Notes under the pieces: generated by a model
What the model saw: only the letters and a program-made list of their open reading frames with translations
Told to the model about the DNA's origin: nothing
The model's database searches: none
Source of the DNA: Lama glama
Lineage: Eukaryota
Direction of reading: 5' to 3'
Assembly: GCA_028534125.1 (NCBI GenBank)
Contig: CM052817.1
Span: 39,682,001-39,746,000 of the forward strand
DNA: 64,000 nucleotides
Made by a program: the position numbers and the translations under genes
Shown: piece by piece, positions 38,165-51,698 of the stretch
How positions within the stretch are numbered: the first letter of the stretch is position 1
How the letters are laid out: each line of letters opens with the position of its first letter

Positions 38165-39641
38165 AAGCATTTGAAAGACTTCTCACCAGCCACAGGATGA
38201 TTGCCCAAATCCAATGTCTTATTTATGCCCCAAGCAGATTTTATTAGGTTGCAAAATTATTCCATTCTAAATGATTCCATATGCATTCTGGTAGTTACAG
38301 TGTACCTCACAGAACATCTTGCATTTAACGGTCTTCAGCAGATGGTCAAATCACCAGAATGTTGAAGATACATAAAAAGGTGAGGTTTGGTCATTTCTTT
38401 CAGGATAACAGACCAACCTACGATGTGTTTGGAAAATTTGGTCATATCAGCACATGTATGACAGTTGAGAGCTCCAAACCCCTGTTATGCACCCATGAAA
38501 TTAGGCTGATTATCTGTTCTTTCTTCACGGCCAAACACAACTTTATATTATTTTCAAATCGTTTTCCCTGTTGACAACTTAGAGTCACTTAGAGTCACAA
38601 GTTCATGTTCCTGTCTCTAAACCAGATTCAGGGCCCACCAACTGGCTCAGGAAGGCTTTTTTAAAGCTTGCCTTCAGTTTTCAGTTACAACCAACTACAT
38701 ATAAATATGCCACACCTTACAGATTCTCTTTGAATTATATTTTAATATAAGTTTATAAAAATGAAGAACAAAGACTCCTGGATAGAATGCAAAGGTCCTA
38801 CCACCAGAATAGAAGGGAAAAATCCTTCTTCGTTGCCCCTCCTTTGATAGTAAAACACCATCACATGTTATACTTGATAATAAGTTTTAATTCTCCTTTT
38901 TAGCACTTGGCACAATTCATAATCATACATTTCTATTTAATTATTTGCTGAATATCATTCTCCTTCTCTCTACAGTTACTGTCTCCATAGAGGAACTGTT
39001 TCTATTCTGTACCACTATGTGCTTAGCACAAATACTCAATAAATACTTTTTGAATGAATAAATAAATGAGAGCATTACAAATCTAACTCAATTTCCTAAA
39101 TACGGTTACTGTAAAACAGGTGCAATTATTTATCAGGACACAATCTATGTGCTGATAAACAGTGGGAGGGACACAGAATTGTTCCAGAGTCCAGTCCAAT
39201 CCAGGCTGGGAGAAATGTCTTACTCAGAGAGATCTGTATAGTCATTGGTATCCAACACATATCCATTGCCAGCACACACTCTCCTCTGCTTTGTGAAGAG
39301 GCTGACTAGGAGTTCTGGATCTACTCCTGTCCCAGCTAGGGTCCTCCCTAAACTCTCTTGGCCATGGATGGATCAAACTTAACCTGGTCTCCAACCCTAC
39401 ACAGGGCTCTTGGCCAATTAACATCTTTTTAACCAACCTCTCTTTCTTGCTTTTTCTCTCCTTGTACCCATTGCTTCCTGGTGATTTCAGTCAGATTTCC
39501 CACATTTTTTATCAACTGTTAAACCTGGCTCCAGCTTGCCTCCAGGCTAAAAAAATAGCATCTACACAGAAATATTTATATAGCATATGGAGTCTGCCCA
39601 CAATAAAGGGAACTGAACAATGCTGTGCTGTGTTGTATCTG

Positions 39642-39990
39642 CTGGGGATATTTAGTTTGAGGCAACAAATTAACTCTGGGTGAGAACCTAAAAAGCAATG
39701 TATTAGAAGGACTTGTGGTAACTCAGAATCAAAAGACAAAGTGTAGTGTCAGGCTTCAAGGAGGAAACAGGACAGCTTTGAATATCTGCTAACAAGAAAT
39801 AATGAACAGATCCCCAGCAAGATGCTTCCCTCAAAGCAAACCAGTTCAGTCCATATTCAGTCCTGTGAACACTTCCAGTTTCAGAGAGAGCATCTGATTG
39901 GCCTAGAGTGGGTCATGTGACCAACCCTTGACCAGAGGTGGGCACCTTGATTGACAGGCCACCAAGAACCCGTTCATGATTACTTCTGAA
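39642..39990 (-). mobile_element. Old MLT1 MaLR LTR
   Basis: gagagagcatctgattggcctagagtgggtcatgtgac ... caccttgattgacag is a typical reverse-strand MLT1K/L/M segment. Confidence 0.55.
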
Positions 39991-42900
39991 TACTTCGGCT
40001 ACTCAAAGGAAAGGAAATAGGTGATGTCAGGTGTCCATTAGAACCTGTAAACCTAGTGTAGTTTCCATTAGGTGCTGAAGTGTGCCTTGTACCCTTGAGC
40101 AAAGTGAAGCATCGCTGAGCATTCTTTAAAATGAGTCTCCACAGTGGTGGGCCTGAGCCCTGCCCCTGGAAGTTTTCCTCTCAGAACATTCTGATCAACA
40201 ATAAGTAAGTCATGATGTCAGAAGGAAAATGGGAATTAAAATAGCCATTATCCAAATATCTGAAGTCAGACCCAGTGCCCTGTTGAAGCGAATCACGCTA
40301 TCCTTTCATCCATGTTGCCTTCGCTGAGTGGCTGTACTGGTTTTCATTGCTATTTTCCTCTAGAAAGATCTCCTTTCTCCCCCCACGCATGCACGCATGC
40401 GCGCGCGCACACGCACACCCAGCCATCTCTAGGCGCTGTCTTTTCTTGCTCAAAATAGTAATAGAAAGAGCTGCAGTCTAAACATCTAAGTCTCTTCTTT
40501 TATGTCTGAAACAGCCTATTTTGCATGGATCTATTGAAGGGGCATATACAAAGGTGCTCACATGCATGGAAAAATGAGTATTTTTATTGCTGATAAAGTA
40601 TTATCTCTGAACCATTTTCCCTCTTTCAGAGCTTTTCTCCCTCTCTCCACTTCCCCTTCCTCAAGTCCGGCAGCCTGATTATTAACAGGGTTTTTGTGGA
40701 GGTGTCTTTGGTTTGTCTGGGGTTTTTTAATGATAAACAAAAGAGCCTGATAACCCAAATCCCAAGAGGAAGTTACAGACTGAAAATAGTTTAATATTTT
40801 AATATTAATATTATAATCTAACACTAAGAGGCGGGGACATGGGGACACGTCCTCAGGAAGGCCTGCAGCATCCTGCTTGGCTGCCAATAGCACATTGGAC
40901 ATAATCTAGCACAATACATAGCACATGGCATTCCTAGTAACTGTGTCTCTCTTGTCTCCCAGACTAGGCCATAGCACCTACTGCCCTAGTGTCCACAGGA
41001 ATACAGTCCACCAGCCCTTCCTGATCTGTCTGGTTTCGTTGCTTACACAGTTCAGCCTATCTTTCTTTGCTTCACAGGCCTCGGTCCCCACTGCGCGCAG
41101 AAGTGTCTTGTGCCTCCACGCCTTCCTTTTGGGTGACGCCCATGCAAGTCATCCTGGGTCCTCCTCAACCTCCCTCCAAGGCTTCTCTAAGTTCCTAGTT
41201 GGCTCCAGGTAGGTTCAGCGCCCCCGTCGGTAACTGTTCTGTGCAACTTCACGCATGCGTGGTCGGGAGCAGTGGGAGGAGTCGTCTACACTCACCACCC
41301 CGCCGTGTCTGCTCTTCTTCAGCTGCACCATGTTAGCATGGGGGCTGGGGCAGAAGGACTTCTTTCAAGGCTTGCTGCCTTCAGGCTTCACCTGGGAAAT
41401 AAAAGACAGGTCCTCTCTACCCGGACATCCTCTAAAACGTATTGAAAGTGCCTCTGCTTTCTCATCCTCCACCCCCACCACACGGCTCAGGGTAGGAGGC
41501 CCCTCTCGGGCACTCACCAGCATTAAAGTCTCGCCCATGTTCCCTCTGAAGCTTGGCTTTCTGCTGGTCACTTAGACTTTAATGCCTGTCTGAGGGGACT
41601 CCTCCCACACCATTGCACATTCTTCTCCTGACTACAGTTAGAAAGTAAACTCAGCGCTTAAAGGACTCTTTTGCTCTCTCAAAATTCTGACTCCTCCAGT
41701 AGGAATCCTGGTTTTCAATATAACAATGAATTCAGCAATGCATTTTTAAAAATCAAGTCAGAAACTCAATTTTTACACTTTTAAGGGACAAAGCAACAAA
41801 TGCTACCAATAGGCAGAAGCCTATGGGATAACAAGAAAATTGCGGGAAGGAAAAGCATGGGTTATTATTCTGCAATTTTATCTTGCAACGCTCGTCTGTA
41901 TGAAGACTTGGAAATGAACAATGAAGTCATTTGGTTGTGTTTCTCTAAAGTCAAATAATGAGTTAAACTAAGTCAGCAGAAGCCTTAGGAACTGTGTCTG
42001 GCATCATTGAACATCAGAGCTGCAAAGACCTGGAGAATTCATCTTTGTCTAACCCCCTTACTACAATGAGGAGGCACTGAAGCTTTGGGAAGTGGGGAAC
42101 AGTTGGAATCAAATGATTTGCCCAAGGACACAGAAACAGACACTCCCTTTTTATTTTTAGCTACAGTCTAGTCCATGCTTGCTCTCTGGCAAGTACTCTA
42201 CTGTGTAGTCATTGTCGCATGTACTCCTCCCAGCACCTCTGAGAATTGTGTAAATAACTGGGACTTAGAAAGGTTAATTTAATTACCCAATGTCATACAG
42301 CTACTAAATGGAGGGCCAGTTTTCAAAGCCAGAGCCCAGGCTTCTAACCTGGACCTACTGTGTGTCAGACTCAAGACCAAGAGCTGAGACTACAAAGGAA
42401 AATAAGGTATTATCCCCAGCCCTGATTTGCTGGACCTGCTATCAATACAAGCTGCTGTTAGTCAGCTACTGTGGCCTGCAGTGATATTTCTGTCAAGTCA
42501 GGAACAAGGATTTCTCGTTGGAAATCTACTCAATAGCAACTTCTCACTTGTAGGCAATGTCGTTTTGTTGAAAGATCATAGGACTTAGGGTCTAAAGACT
42601 CTGGTTCTAACTTTAACTCTCCTACCTACTCCTCAGTCATGAGTCCTGTGTTAGCCTGTGTTCCCCACCTGCAAAAGCAAAAATGTCCAGCCCAGTGAGT
42701 TCATAGGACTGTCGTGAATTGCAAAGAAGATCGTAGACTTGAAAGTCCTGAGCACAAAATGAAGAATTATTGTAAATACACATCTGAAGTCACACTGCAG
42801 TTTCCCACAAAGGTTTTCAAAACTCTTTATAAATAATTATGATGAGTTTGTGAAAATTTGGGAAAGTAAGGTGTAATGTGGTTGACAGTGGGAAGGAAGA

Positions 42901-44063
42901 GAAGAGAAAGGAAACACATTAAGTTCCACAGCATCAGGTCTGGCTCATAAGTCGAGCAGTGGTTCCACCAGTGTTCAGTGTATTAGTATGCTTCTTAATT
43001 GTATATGTGGTACAGACATTCTTTTTAAATATTCACTATTGAATAATCAATGTTTGAATTTTTAACAAAGAAAGGAAGGCATTACTGGGAAAAAGCTATA
43101 ACGCAAGAAGTTAGAAATACGTGGACTCTCTTCGGGGGATCTTTTATGTTTGGGTTTCTTTTATGGAGGAAACTAAAGACCACATAGATTTTGTGGGTGG
43201 AGAGGGAATGAAAGCAACAACTCTAACCTAGCGATTTCTCTAAACTCGGATTCCATCAAGTTTCAGCCTTAGAACACGTATTCCTCATTTGAATGAAAAG
43301 AGACCGGTTCCTTTTCCAAGAAAGAACTCTCATCTTGTCTAGAGAGATAACACATTTGTCATAACTATAAATTTATTTGGAAGAACAACTGGGCTTTACA
43401 CAGGCCATCTGGAGAAGACAAATGTTTCTTGTAAGCATGTGGGAAATTTCACTGACAACATATGCAGCTAAATGAACTGTCTTCAGCATTGCCAAAAGGA
43501 CAAAATTCCATTACACACGAGGAAGGTATTTCAGCAATCACCTCAAAATAAATACACATCAATCTTTTAATTTAACTAAAACATATGTAAGATGTAGCTA
43601 TGTTTCTTTTCAATGAACTGACAACCAAATATACCGCCTCTGCAGAGAAATGCATTGGGCTCAACCCCACAGGGACAGCTCTGAAATCACTGCGTTCATC
43701 TGCTCATGTTTAAAGAAATATGACTTCCTGCAATCTCCTTTGCTTTGCACACCTTCCACGCCTCTGATCACTGGCTGTAACGTCACAGACGAGAGTTAGA
43801 CAGGAAATCAGGTCTGGTCCTACCCTCACCACTAGTTCAAAGAGTGACCCCAAGTCCTATTGCCAGTCAGTTTTAGCTCAATCCTCCCTAAAATGAAGAA
43901 GTAATTCTTTCCCTATTTACTTACATCTTAAGAGTTTTTTGTGAAAATTCTATTAACACCTCATGTCAGCATAATATTTTACAATTTAATAAGGGTTTCA
44001 AGTATATTATTTCATTCAGTCACAACAATTCTATGCCCATTTTATAGATAAGAAAATTGATGC

Positions 44064-44584
44064 TGTATTAAGGAAAAAGCAATGCTATAATAAATAAACC
44101 CCCAAAGTCAGTATCTTGATACTTTCATTTTACATTCACATAAATTTGTAAATTTTTGTAAATTTTTTTACAAACTTGTAAATTTGTGAAAAGAGAAAAA
44201 AAGTTTGTTGTACATTCACGTAAGGGTGTAAAGCAGGTGTTCCTGGTCACTGAGTAGCTTTCCAGCATGAGGTGATTGAAGAGCCCAGACTCCTTCTGTC
44301 TTGTGGCTCCACTAGGCCCTAGGACCTTAGAGTCCTCTGCCTCCAGCTGACAGACAGACAAGGAGAGCCTGGAGAAAGCACATCCACTTCCGAGCAACCT
44401 CTTCAAGGCAGTGGCCCAAAAGACTTCCATCTACATCTCATTGATGAGAACCAGTTAATGGCTCCACCGAGATGCAAGGGGGCACTGAGAAATGTAGCTT
44501 CTGGCTGGGCAGCCACTTCTCAGTGACGATGCTGTGGAAGGGGGAGCTTAACTTTATGGCGAGTAGTTGATCATCTCTGCCATG
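44064..44584 (-). mobile_element. MLT1 (J-type) MaLR LTR inserted in a MIR
   Basis: tgtatta start; gagcccagactccttctgtcttgtggctcc ... gagaaatgtagctt ... catctctgcca. MIR sequence lies on both sides (agataagaaaattgatgc / agagaggttatgtaact). Confidence 0.75.
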
Positions 44585-44632
44585 ACAGAGAGGTTATGTA
44601 ACTACCTCAAGTCTACACAACTAGTAGGTAAG

Positions 44633-45115
44633 TGAATTACCTAGCTATTTCTGCATAGCACACTACCTCAAACTCAGTAACTTAAAGCAACACACATTAG
44701 CTTTCTCACAGTTACCCTGGGTAAGGAGTCTGGACATGGGTTGACTGGTCTCTGCTTCAGAGTCTTATGAGACTACCATCAAGGTATCAGCCTGGGCTCA
44801 GGGTGCATCTGGAGGCTCAGCTAGGGAAGGGCCCACCTTCCCACTTACATGGTTCTTAGCAGCATTTGGTTGCTTCCAGCTGTAGGGTTCATGACAGCTT
44901 CCATCTTCAAAGACAGCAATGAAGAAAGACTCTAGAAAGTCAGCTAGCAAGACAGAGTGATATACAATGTATTGTAATCATGGGAGTTAGATCTCATCAC
45001 CTTTGCTACTGGTTAGAGGTAAGTCACAGGTCTACCTACTCAAGGGGAGGGGATTACACAAAAACATGAATGCCAGGAGAGGGAACATGCGGGTAACCTT
45101 AAAGTTTGTCCATCA
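44633..45115 (-). mobile_element. MLT1 (E/F-type) MaLR LTR
   Basis: aacttaaagcaacacacatt ... ctcacagtt ... atcaaggtatcagcc ... aagtcacagg ... actcaaggggaggggattacaca. Confidence 0.8.
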
Positions 45116-45438
45116 AAAAAGAAACTCAAACCCAGATTTTCTGACTACAAATCCATTGCTCCTTCCATTTAATTATTTGTCCAGCTTTGGATTCCATAGC
45201 TCTTATCTGTCATAATGTGGATAATATTTGCATATAACATCCCCAGTTGTTATGAGGAACAAGTGAAATAGTGGATGTGAATGTGCTCTGTAAGCTATAA
45301 AATACTCTATAAATTTATTGGGCATTTACTACTATTTTATCCCCTTGCCTGTGATGTTTCTTTACTCTTCTTGTTTGTCTAAATCCTATTCTTTCATCAA
45401 GGACCATCTAAATGCTATTTACTCTTCCAGGAAGCATG

Positions 45439-45882
45439 TATATCAGTTGGGATTAGGCTCAGTTTCATATAACAAAAGAACAAAATGATGGCTTAAATAA
45501 CATTGAAAGCAGAGTTCATAATATAGATGCACAAAGTCACTGGGGACCCAGATTCCTTCCAGATCTTTGGTCTGCCTTGTCTAGAGTGTGGCTCTCATCC
45601 TCAAGATCTAAGATGGCTACTAGAGTTCTAGCTATCACATCCCCAAAGTAGGCAGCTATAAAGAAATAATATTTTTTATAGATACTTCCCAGAAGTCCCA
45701 CCCAACACTTGGATTGATGTCCTTTTAACAAGAACATAGTCCCAGACCTATACCTGCTTACAACAGAGCCTCAGAGGTATAGTTTTCAGTTCAATATGCT
45801 GGTATCTTGAATAAAAGTAGGATTCTGTTACTAAGAAAAAAGAAGAGGATGAATTTGGGGACAATAAATAGTCTTTGCCATG
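45439..45882 (-). mobile_element. MLT1 (I/J/K-type) MaLR LTR
   Basis: tcagttgggattagg ... ggggacccagattccttcca ... aagatggct ... ggattctgttactaagaa ... gtctttgcca. Confidence 0.75.
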
Positions 45883-48800
45883 GGATGCTTTGGAAACATC
45901 AAGTATACACATACATCTACCTAGAGGAAAGAAGATAAATAGGAATTTCAGTGCTGTGGAACCAGATTATAGAGAGCCTAGAATTCCTAGCTAAGAACTG
46001 ATCTTCATTTGGTATCTAATAAGGGACCAGGACACAATGAAAGGGGTGTTTTAGGAAGCTGAATCTGATGGTGGCTTCAGATTTGGAGAAATTTCGTTCT
46101 AAGACTGTTATAATCTAGCAACAGATTGAAAGGTCTGAACACTGCCTGAATGGTGATAACACAGAAGGAGAAAATAAGAGAGAGATTTTAAAAGAAGATT
46201 GCAGTTGTTCACAGAGGACAGGAGAGGCTAAAGAAGGTTCAATGTCACCCTCCATGCTGATGGGGAGACAAAGGTGAGACAGAAGAACCGAAGAACGTAT
46301 AGTATCAATAAATTCGGAAAGCAATTAGAACTCTGTGGCAAACCCTAGAATTAGAGAAAACAAATGATGAGGAGTGGCCACAAATTCGGAAATTACAGCA
46401 GTGAAATATTTATGAGAGAAATATCTTAAATGTGTTGCAGCTGCATCTCTCAAACTGTGGGTCCTTATGTGGGCCCCCTCACCTCTGTGGACCTCACTTT
46501 TCTTCATCTGAAAATGAGAGTAATTCTTACATTTCAAGGTTAGAATCCCTATTATACAGAGTAAACAATAGCAAGAACACCTACTTTTGGAATTCAAAAG
46601 GGAATGAAAAAAGAGGCATGACCTGGCAGGTGACCAACTGTCTGGCTGTGTGGCTCATACAGACCCACCTGTTGAAGCAGCCGCAGGTCAAGTTCCTTCT
46701 TCTTCCAGGAAGTTGCATGAGTCTAATGGCTTTAGTGGCAAATCCAACACTGGGGGACAAGCAAAAAGGAACACGATCTTCCTCAACTCTATTTGAACTC
46801 AGGAGTCTTCAATCACCAACCACTTCTACTGGCCACCAACAAATCTGCCAACATGGCGGGGCCGGCACCCAGCCCCTCCACCAGGAGCACTAGTAGCCAG
46901 CTTCGGGAGCCACGGCTTGAAAGCCTGACTCTCCCACCGTGGCCTCCCAACCCCCAACACCACAAGAGACTGGGGACGTCTAGCCCAAGACCAGAGGAAG
47001 ATCTGCAGGCAACCTTAACTCCTGCCCCAAGGACACAGACAAATTAGGTGAGGTACCCAACAGGGAAAAATAACATTCGTTCCTGCCCAGTCAGGGGGCT
47101 GTCGGGAAAGGCTCTATTTCAGTGACCACTGAGTTAATGAATCATGAATATCACTGAGCTTTTATTCAGAAAGGTGGGCTATAGACAGAGGACAGGTGAT
47201 GAAGCCACAAAATATTTGAACTATCACAGAAGATCCACTCTCTTCATTTCTACATAAATATAATATAATAGCAGAACAAATCTCCTGAATTGGAATTGAC
47301 TAGGAGTAGAGAGAAAAAAGAAATTTAAAACCTGTGGCCATGTAGCAATTTCCCATTACTTAAAAAAAAAAGTTGTTAATATGACATTATTTACTTTCTC
47401 AGTAGAAGATGAAGTTGAACTTTTGACCTCAGACTTTGGCTTGTGTCAGTGAAACTGGATTTTGTTCTGATGATGTAAGCAATTATTGGAGGAGACCACT
47501 TTAGAAGGAAATGAGATCAGTATGAGGAAATAAATGTTTCTTGCTCCAAAGCAAATCTCACTAGAAGTCACATAAACACTTGGAAACACTACACATAAAA
47601 AAAAAATTCTGATTTGGCATCACATCAGTGATTACTATGCCTTTGTTACCTGAAGGATGTGTGCCGCCAAGACACGTGATTTTGATCCAAAACTACCTCA
47701 ACAACGTGTTTAAAATAGCAAAGCAACATAAACTGAGCGTAGACAACCAAAGCCAGACTGAGTGTTGAAGGAGTCACACTATAAATAGAAAGGAAGAAAA
47801 GATCAAGAGAAAACAAGGTCAAAGGAAAAACCAAAATGCTTTTCTTTAATACAGACTGAGATTCCCAGAGTACAATGAGAAAATGGGTTACCTCTTACAT
47901 GGCTTAACTGCAGGCTGTCATGGTTTACACGTTCTGAGATTCTCTATCAATTGCTCTCCTGCAAAGCAGCATTCTCTCCTAACAACAGGGGTTTGCTTGC
48001 AGAAGAAAAGCGCTGATACCTGCCTTCTCGCGCCCCTCCTCACAGTGTAACCACAGCACTGCAGAATGTTAACTCCCGGGGTTACTAAACCTCTTTGCAA
48101 GTTTGACTGTTAAATTATCCCTTTTGTATTCAGATGTCAGAGTGATGTGTTCCATGCCAAAATCTACCGCTCTGCAAGACTAGACAATCTGTGTGTGTAC
48201 TGCTGAATATGAGGGCCTCCCTCGGGCCACAGGGGTAGAATCAGGTAGAGATTAACAATGAGATTTATTCAGGGCCTCAAATGCTCTTTTTCTCCATCTC
48301 ACTCCAAAAGGGGAGAGGAAGACTTCTGGAAATTTTTCCTCTAGTTCCTCTGTGTTTGCAACAACTCTGCCCTGCCTCAGACTTCCTGGCTGTCCACCCC
48401 AACACTGACCTGAGATTTTGTGCTCTGCAGCTGCTCAAAGAAGCCGTGCCTCCGTGGCCAACGTGGTCTGGGGCAGCACCCCACACTGGCTTCTCTTCCT
48501 CAGACAGGACTTCTGTACCGGGCGGGAAGATGCCAGGAGCTCCCAGGCACATTACCTATCTCAGCTAGACTCAGGTTTGATGTCACTAATATTTAATTAG
48601 CTTATTAATAGTTGATGCTATCCAAAAAAGGGACTCTGAAGGAGACATCTAAATTCTATAAACATTCAACAAGTTTTGTTTTACTTATTTTGTACCTGAA
48701 TCACTAAAATTAGGCTCTACTTAATTGAAGGGGAAATTCCTTAAAAATGCATACTCATCGCTCCAAGCCTGTGCTTTCATTTTTGTCCAGCAGAGCCTCA

Positions 48801-49419
48801 GGGTGTGTCACAGGGTTTCTTTCCCCAGAGTATCCATGGAGGCAAAGGAGACAGAGTGAACGGGGCTCAGGGCATTTGAAGCCCCATCCCAGAGCCAATA
48901 AAAGTATTGTTTTGGAGTTCTAAGGAAAATTTAATTTGAGGGGGACAAAAAGAATTCCTTAGCAAAAAAAGAGAAAAGCGCTTGTGTATGTACACATATG
49001 CAGACTCATATGTACATATACTGTACATACACTTTTACAAAACCATCTGTTTTAGGGCTGTTTCATTTTCAACATACTATAGCTGTAAAAGATTTACTCT
49101 AAATGCAAACTCTTCTAGCTTAGTGGAGGGGGAAGAATTTATGGATCTGGAAGTTCAAAGGGTTTTCTGGCTTCACGCATTGGAGTGAAGGGTATCAAAC
49201 TAAATCATCAGGGGGGTCTCTTTTTCTCTCTGCTTTCCTCGGTATTGTCTTCCTTCTCACAAGGGACTTTCCACGTGGCAGCAAAGATGATTCCTGGGAT
49301 CTCTAGATCTCCGTGGTTCTTTCTGTGTGCAATCCCTGAAGAAATAAGAACTTATCCCTGAAGAAATATGAACGTTGAAGAATAAGAACCCTGAGGAAGG
49401 CAGGGCAGTGGCAGAGGTT

Positions 49420-49618
49420 GGGGGAGTGGGGTAGAGCTCAGTGGTAGAGTGCATGCCTAGCATGCACGAGGTCCTGGGTTCAATCCCCAGTACTTCCATC
49501 AAAAAATAAGTAAATCTAATTACCTCCCCCAACCAAAAAAATAAAATAAAAATAAAAGTGATGTTGTTTAAAAAAGAAAATAAACTAGACATTTAAAATA
49601 TTTTTAATTAAAAAAAAA
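49420..49618 (+). mobile_element. Vic-1-like SINE, well preserved
   Basis: ggtagagctcagtggtagagtgcatgcctagcatgcacgaggtcctgggttcaatccccagtacttcca carries Pol III A and B boxes and is followed by an A-rich tail. Confidence 0.92.
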
Positions 49619-49669
49619 CCTATCTCTGTGTATCCCTTTTGCTCTTTCAAAGACTCTGCCTGATACTCT

Positions 49670-49737
49670 TTTTTTAATTGAAGTATAGTTGACTTACAAT
49701 GTTGTGTTAGTTGCAAGTGTACAGCAAAGTGATTCAG

Positions 49738-49773
<36 letters not shown>

Positions 49774-49920
49774 TTTATTAGGTTCTTTTCCAGATTCTTT
49801 TCCATTTTAGGTTATTACAAGATATTTAATATAGCTCACTGTGCTGTACAGTATGTCCTTGTTGTTTATCTATTTTATATATAATAGTATTTATCTGTTA
49901 ATCCCAAACTCCTAATTTAT
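49670..49920 (-). mobile_element. Cetartiodactyl-type L1 3' end containing (TA)16
   Basis: ttttaattgaagtatagttgacttacaatgttgtgttag ... gtgtacagcaaagtgattcag. 14-bp TSD with 2 mismatches: ctgcctgatactct (49656-49669) / ctgcttgacactct (49921-49934). Confidence 0.9.
49739..49770. repeat. (TA)16 microsatellite
   Basis: Perfect dinucleotide run. Confidence 0.95.
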
Positions 49921-50334
49921 CTGCTTGACACTCTGAGGTCATGTGTCCACCCTGGGAAGAAAGGAAGTCCTCTAACTGGCCAGCCTCAGGAGGATGTGCC
50001 AACCTCTGTGGCAGAAGTTGCTTGCCCTGTATGATGACATGGCAACAACAGGAAAGAATATGTGTGAAAGTAAAAGTAACTTACCCACTGCATCGTAGTG
50101 ATATCAGATATCAGTTTATTTTGTACTAATATCAAACCCCACTTTTCAAAAGAAGGCATAGTCCTGAAATATTTTAACATTCTTTGTTATTAAAGCCAAA
50201 TTAGAATTCACTCAGGAAAGTGACCTAGTTATTTAAAGAGAATATATAGTCTTAAATATATAGACTTATCTGTGTATAATTTAAATAAGTATATAAGATT
50301 GAAAGTAAAGGTTGAAGAAAAGATACACTCTGTA

Positions 50335-50426
50335 CCCAGTACCTCCTCCAAAAATAAATAAATAAGTAAACCTTATTACCTCCCCACCAAAAATTTAAAA
50401 GTTTAAGAAAAAAAATCTGAATTTGC
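50335..50426 (+). mobile_element. 5'-truncated Vic-1-like SINE
   Basis: Starts at cccagtacctcc. Perfect 17-bp TSD aaaagatacactctgta at 50318-50334 and 50427-50443. Confidence 0.85.
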
Positions 50427-51550
50427 AAAAGATACACTCTGTAACCACTGACCAAAACAAAACAATAAAACCAACTAACTAACCCTCCCCCCAAAAAAGC
50501 AGGAAAGTCTCTTTCACTTCCTCTTTTTTTCTCCTCTCTCTTTTCCTGAACAATTCATCATAAAGCCATAGGTGGTACAGAGTAATGTGGCCCCCACACT
50601 GGTAGTGGGAAGGCTGTGGTGTGGATCAGAGCAGGTGTCAGAGCCTTTGCAAGGTGCGGAGAATGTCCATGGATGTCCAGGGCATCCCAGCCAAAGTTGG
50701 AGGGGTGACAACCTGCTGGGCATGATGAGGAGGTCTGTGTTGGGGGGGGGGACAGCCTGGTGTGGGAAGCCAAGCCTAGAGGGGTTCAGGGCATCCATAT
50801 GGGGAAGTGGCCCCACGTGTGCAGGGTGAAGAGAGGATTCGTGAAAGGGAGTGGTCCAGCATGAGCAGACTGCGTGGGGAGAGGATGGCATCCATGCAAA
50901 GGCAAAGGCAACTAGAGGTTGGTTACAAGTGAATCAATATGTCAAAGAGAGGGAGCCAGACTCCTCACTGCCTGAGAAGGGGCTTACAAATATAAAGAGA
51001 AAACTAAAATGAACCTTGTGGCGCTGGACTGGAAGTGGAGGCGTTGGTAGAGAAGTCATGGTTGTTAAGACAGATAAACAGTTATAGATGAGAACGATGA
51101 TGATGATGGATGATAGAGAGATAGATGATACATAGAAAAATAAATAGAGATGAGTGTATGTGTGTGTGTGTGTTTTCATACATATATTCCGTAGCTCTGG
51201 CCACTGAGAAGGTCTGGGAGCAGCAACACCTCGGGAATAATACGCACACCCAGCACCCAGATCTTGGCTTCGAGATGCCGTTCTCCACTGAAAGAAACCA
51301 GGGCTCCCCGGAGCAATGATTCATTTTACAGCAAGGACGGGGAAAGTAAAAGATGAGTCTGGAACATCTTGTGCCTGTAAGCAATGACCTAAAATGATTA
51401 GGATGTGTCAGAAGCACGTCGAAGCCAACCAGAAGGGGTTCCTATAGATCAAATATGGGACAAATTCATCATCAAAATAAATAATGATGGTAATGGGTTT
51501 TAATCCATTAAATGAAATAGGAAATCATGAGTCTATTCCGTTTTTTAAAT

Positions 51551-51552
<2 letters not shown>

Positions 51553-51596
<44 letters not shown>
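51553..51596. repeat. (GATA)11 microsatellite
   Basis: Perfect tetranucleotide run. Confidence 0.95.
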
Positions 51597-51598
<2 letters not shown>

Positions 51599-51698
51599 AA
51601 GTTTGATGAGGAATGGGATAATTCCATAGTTTAAAAGTATCTTCCTCCAAGTGATTCATTAGCAAACAAAAGAGAAGAGTCTATAAACAGACACCATC

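Noticed and set aside
49420..49500. Functional tRNA gene (A and B boxes present)
   Set aside because: It is a dispersed multi-copy sequence with A-rich tails and TSDs, so a SINE head rather than a tRNA gene.
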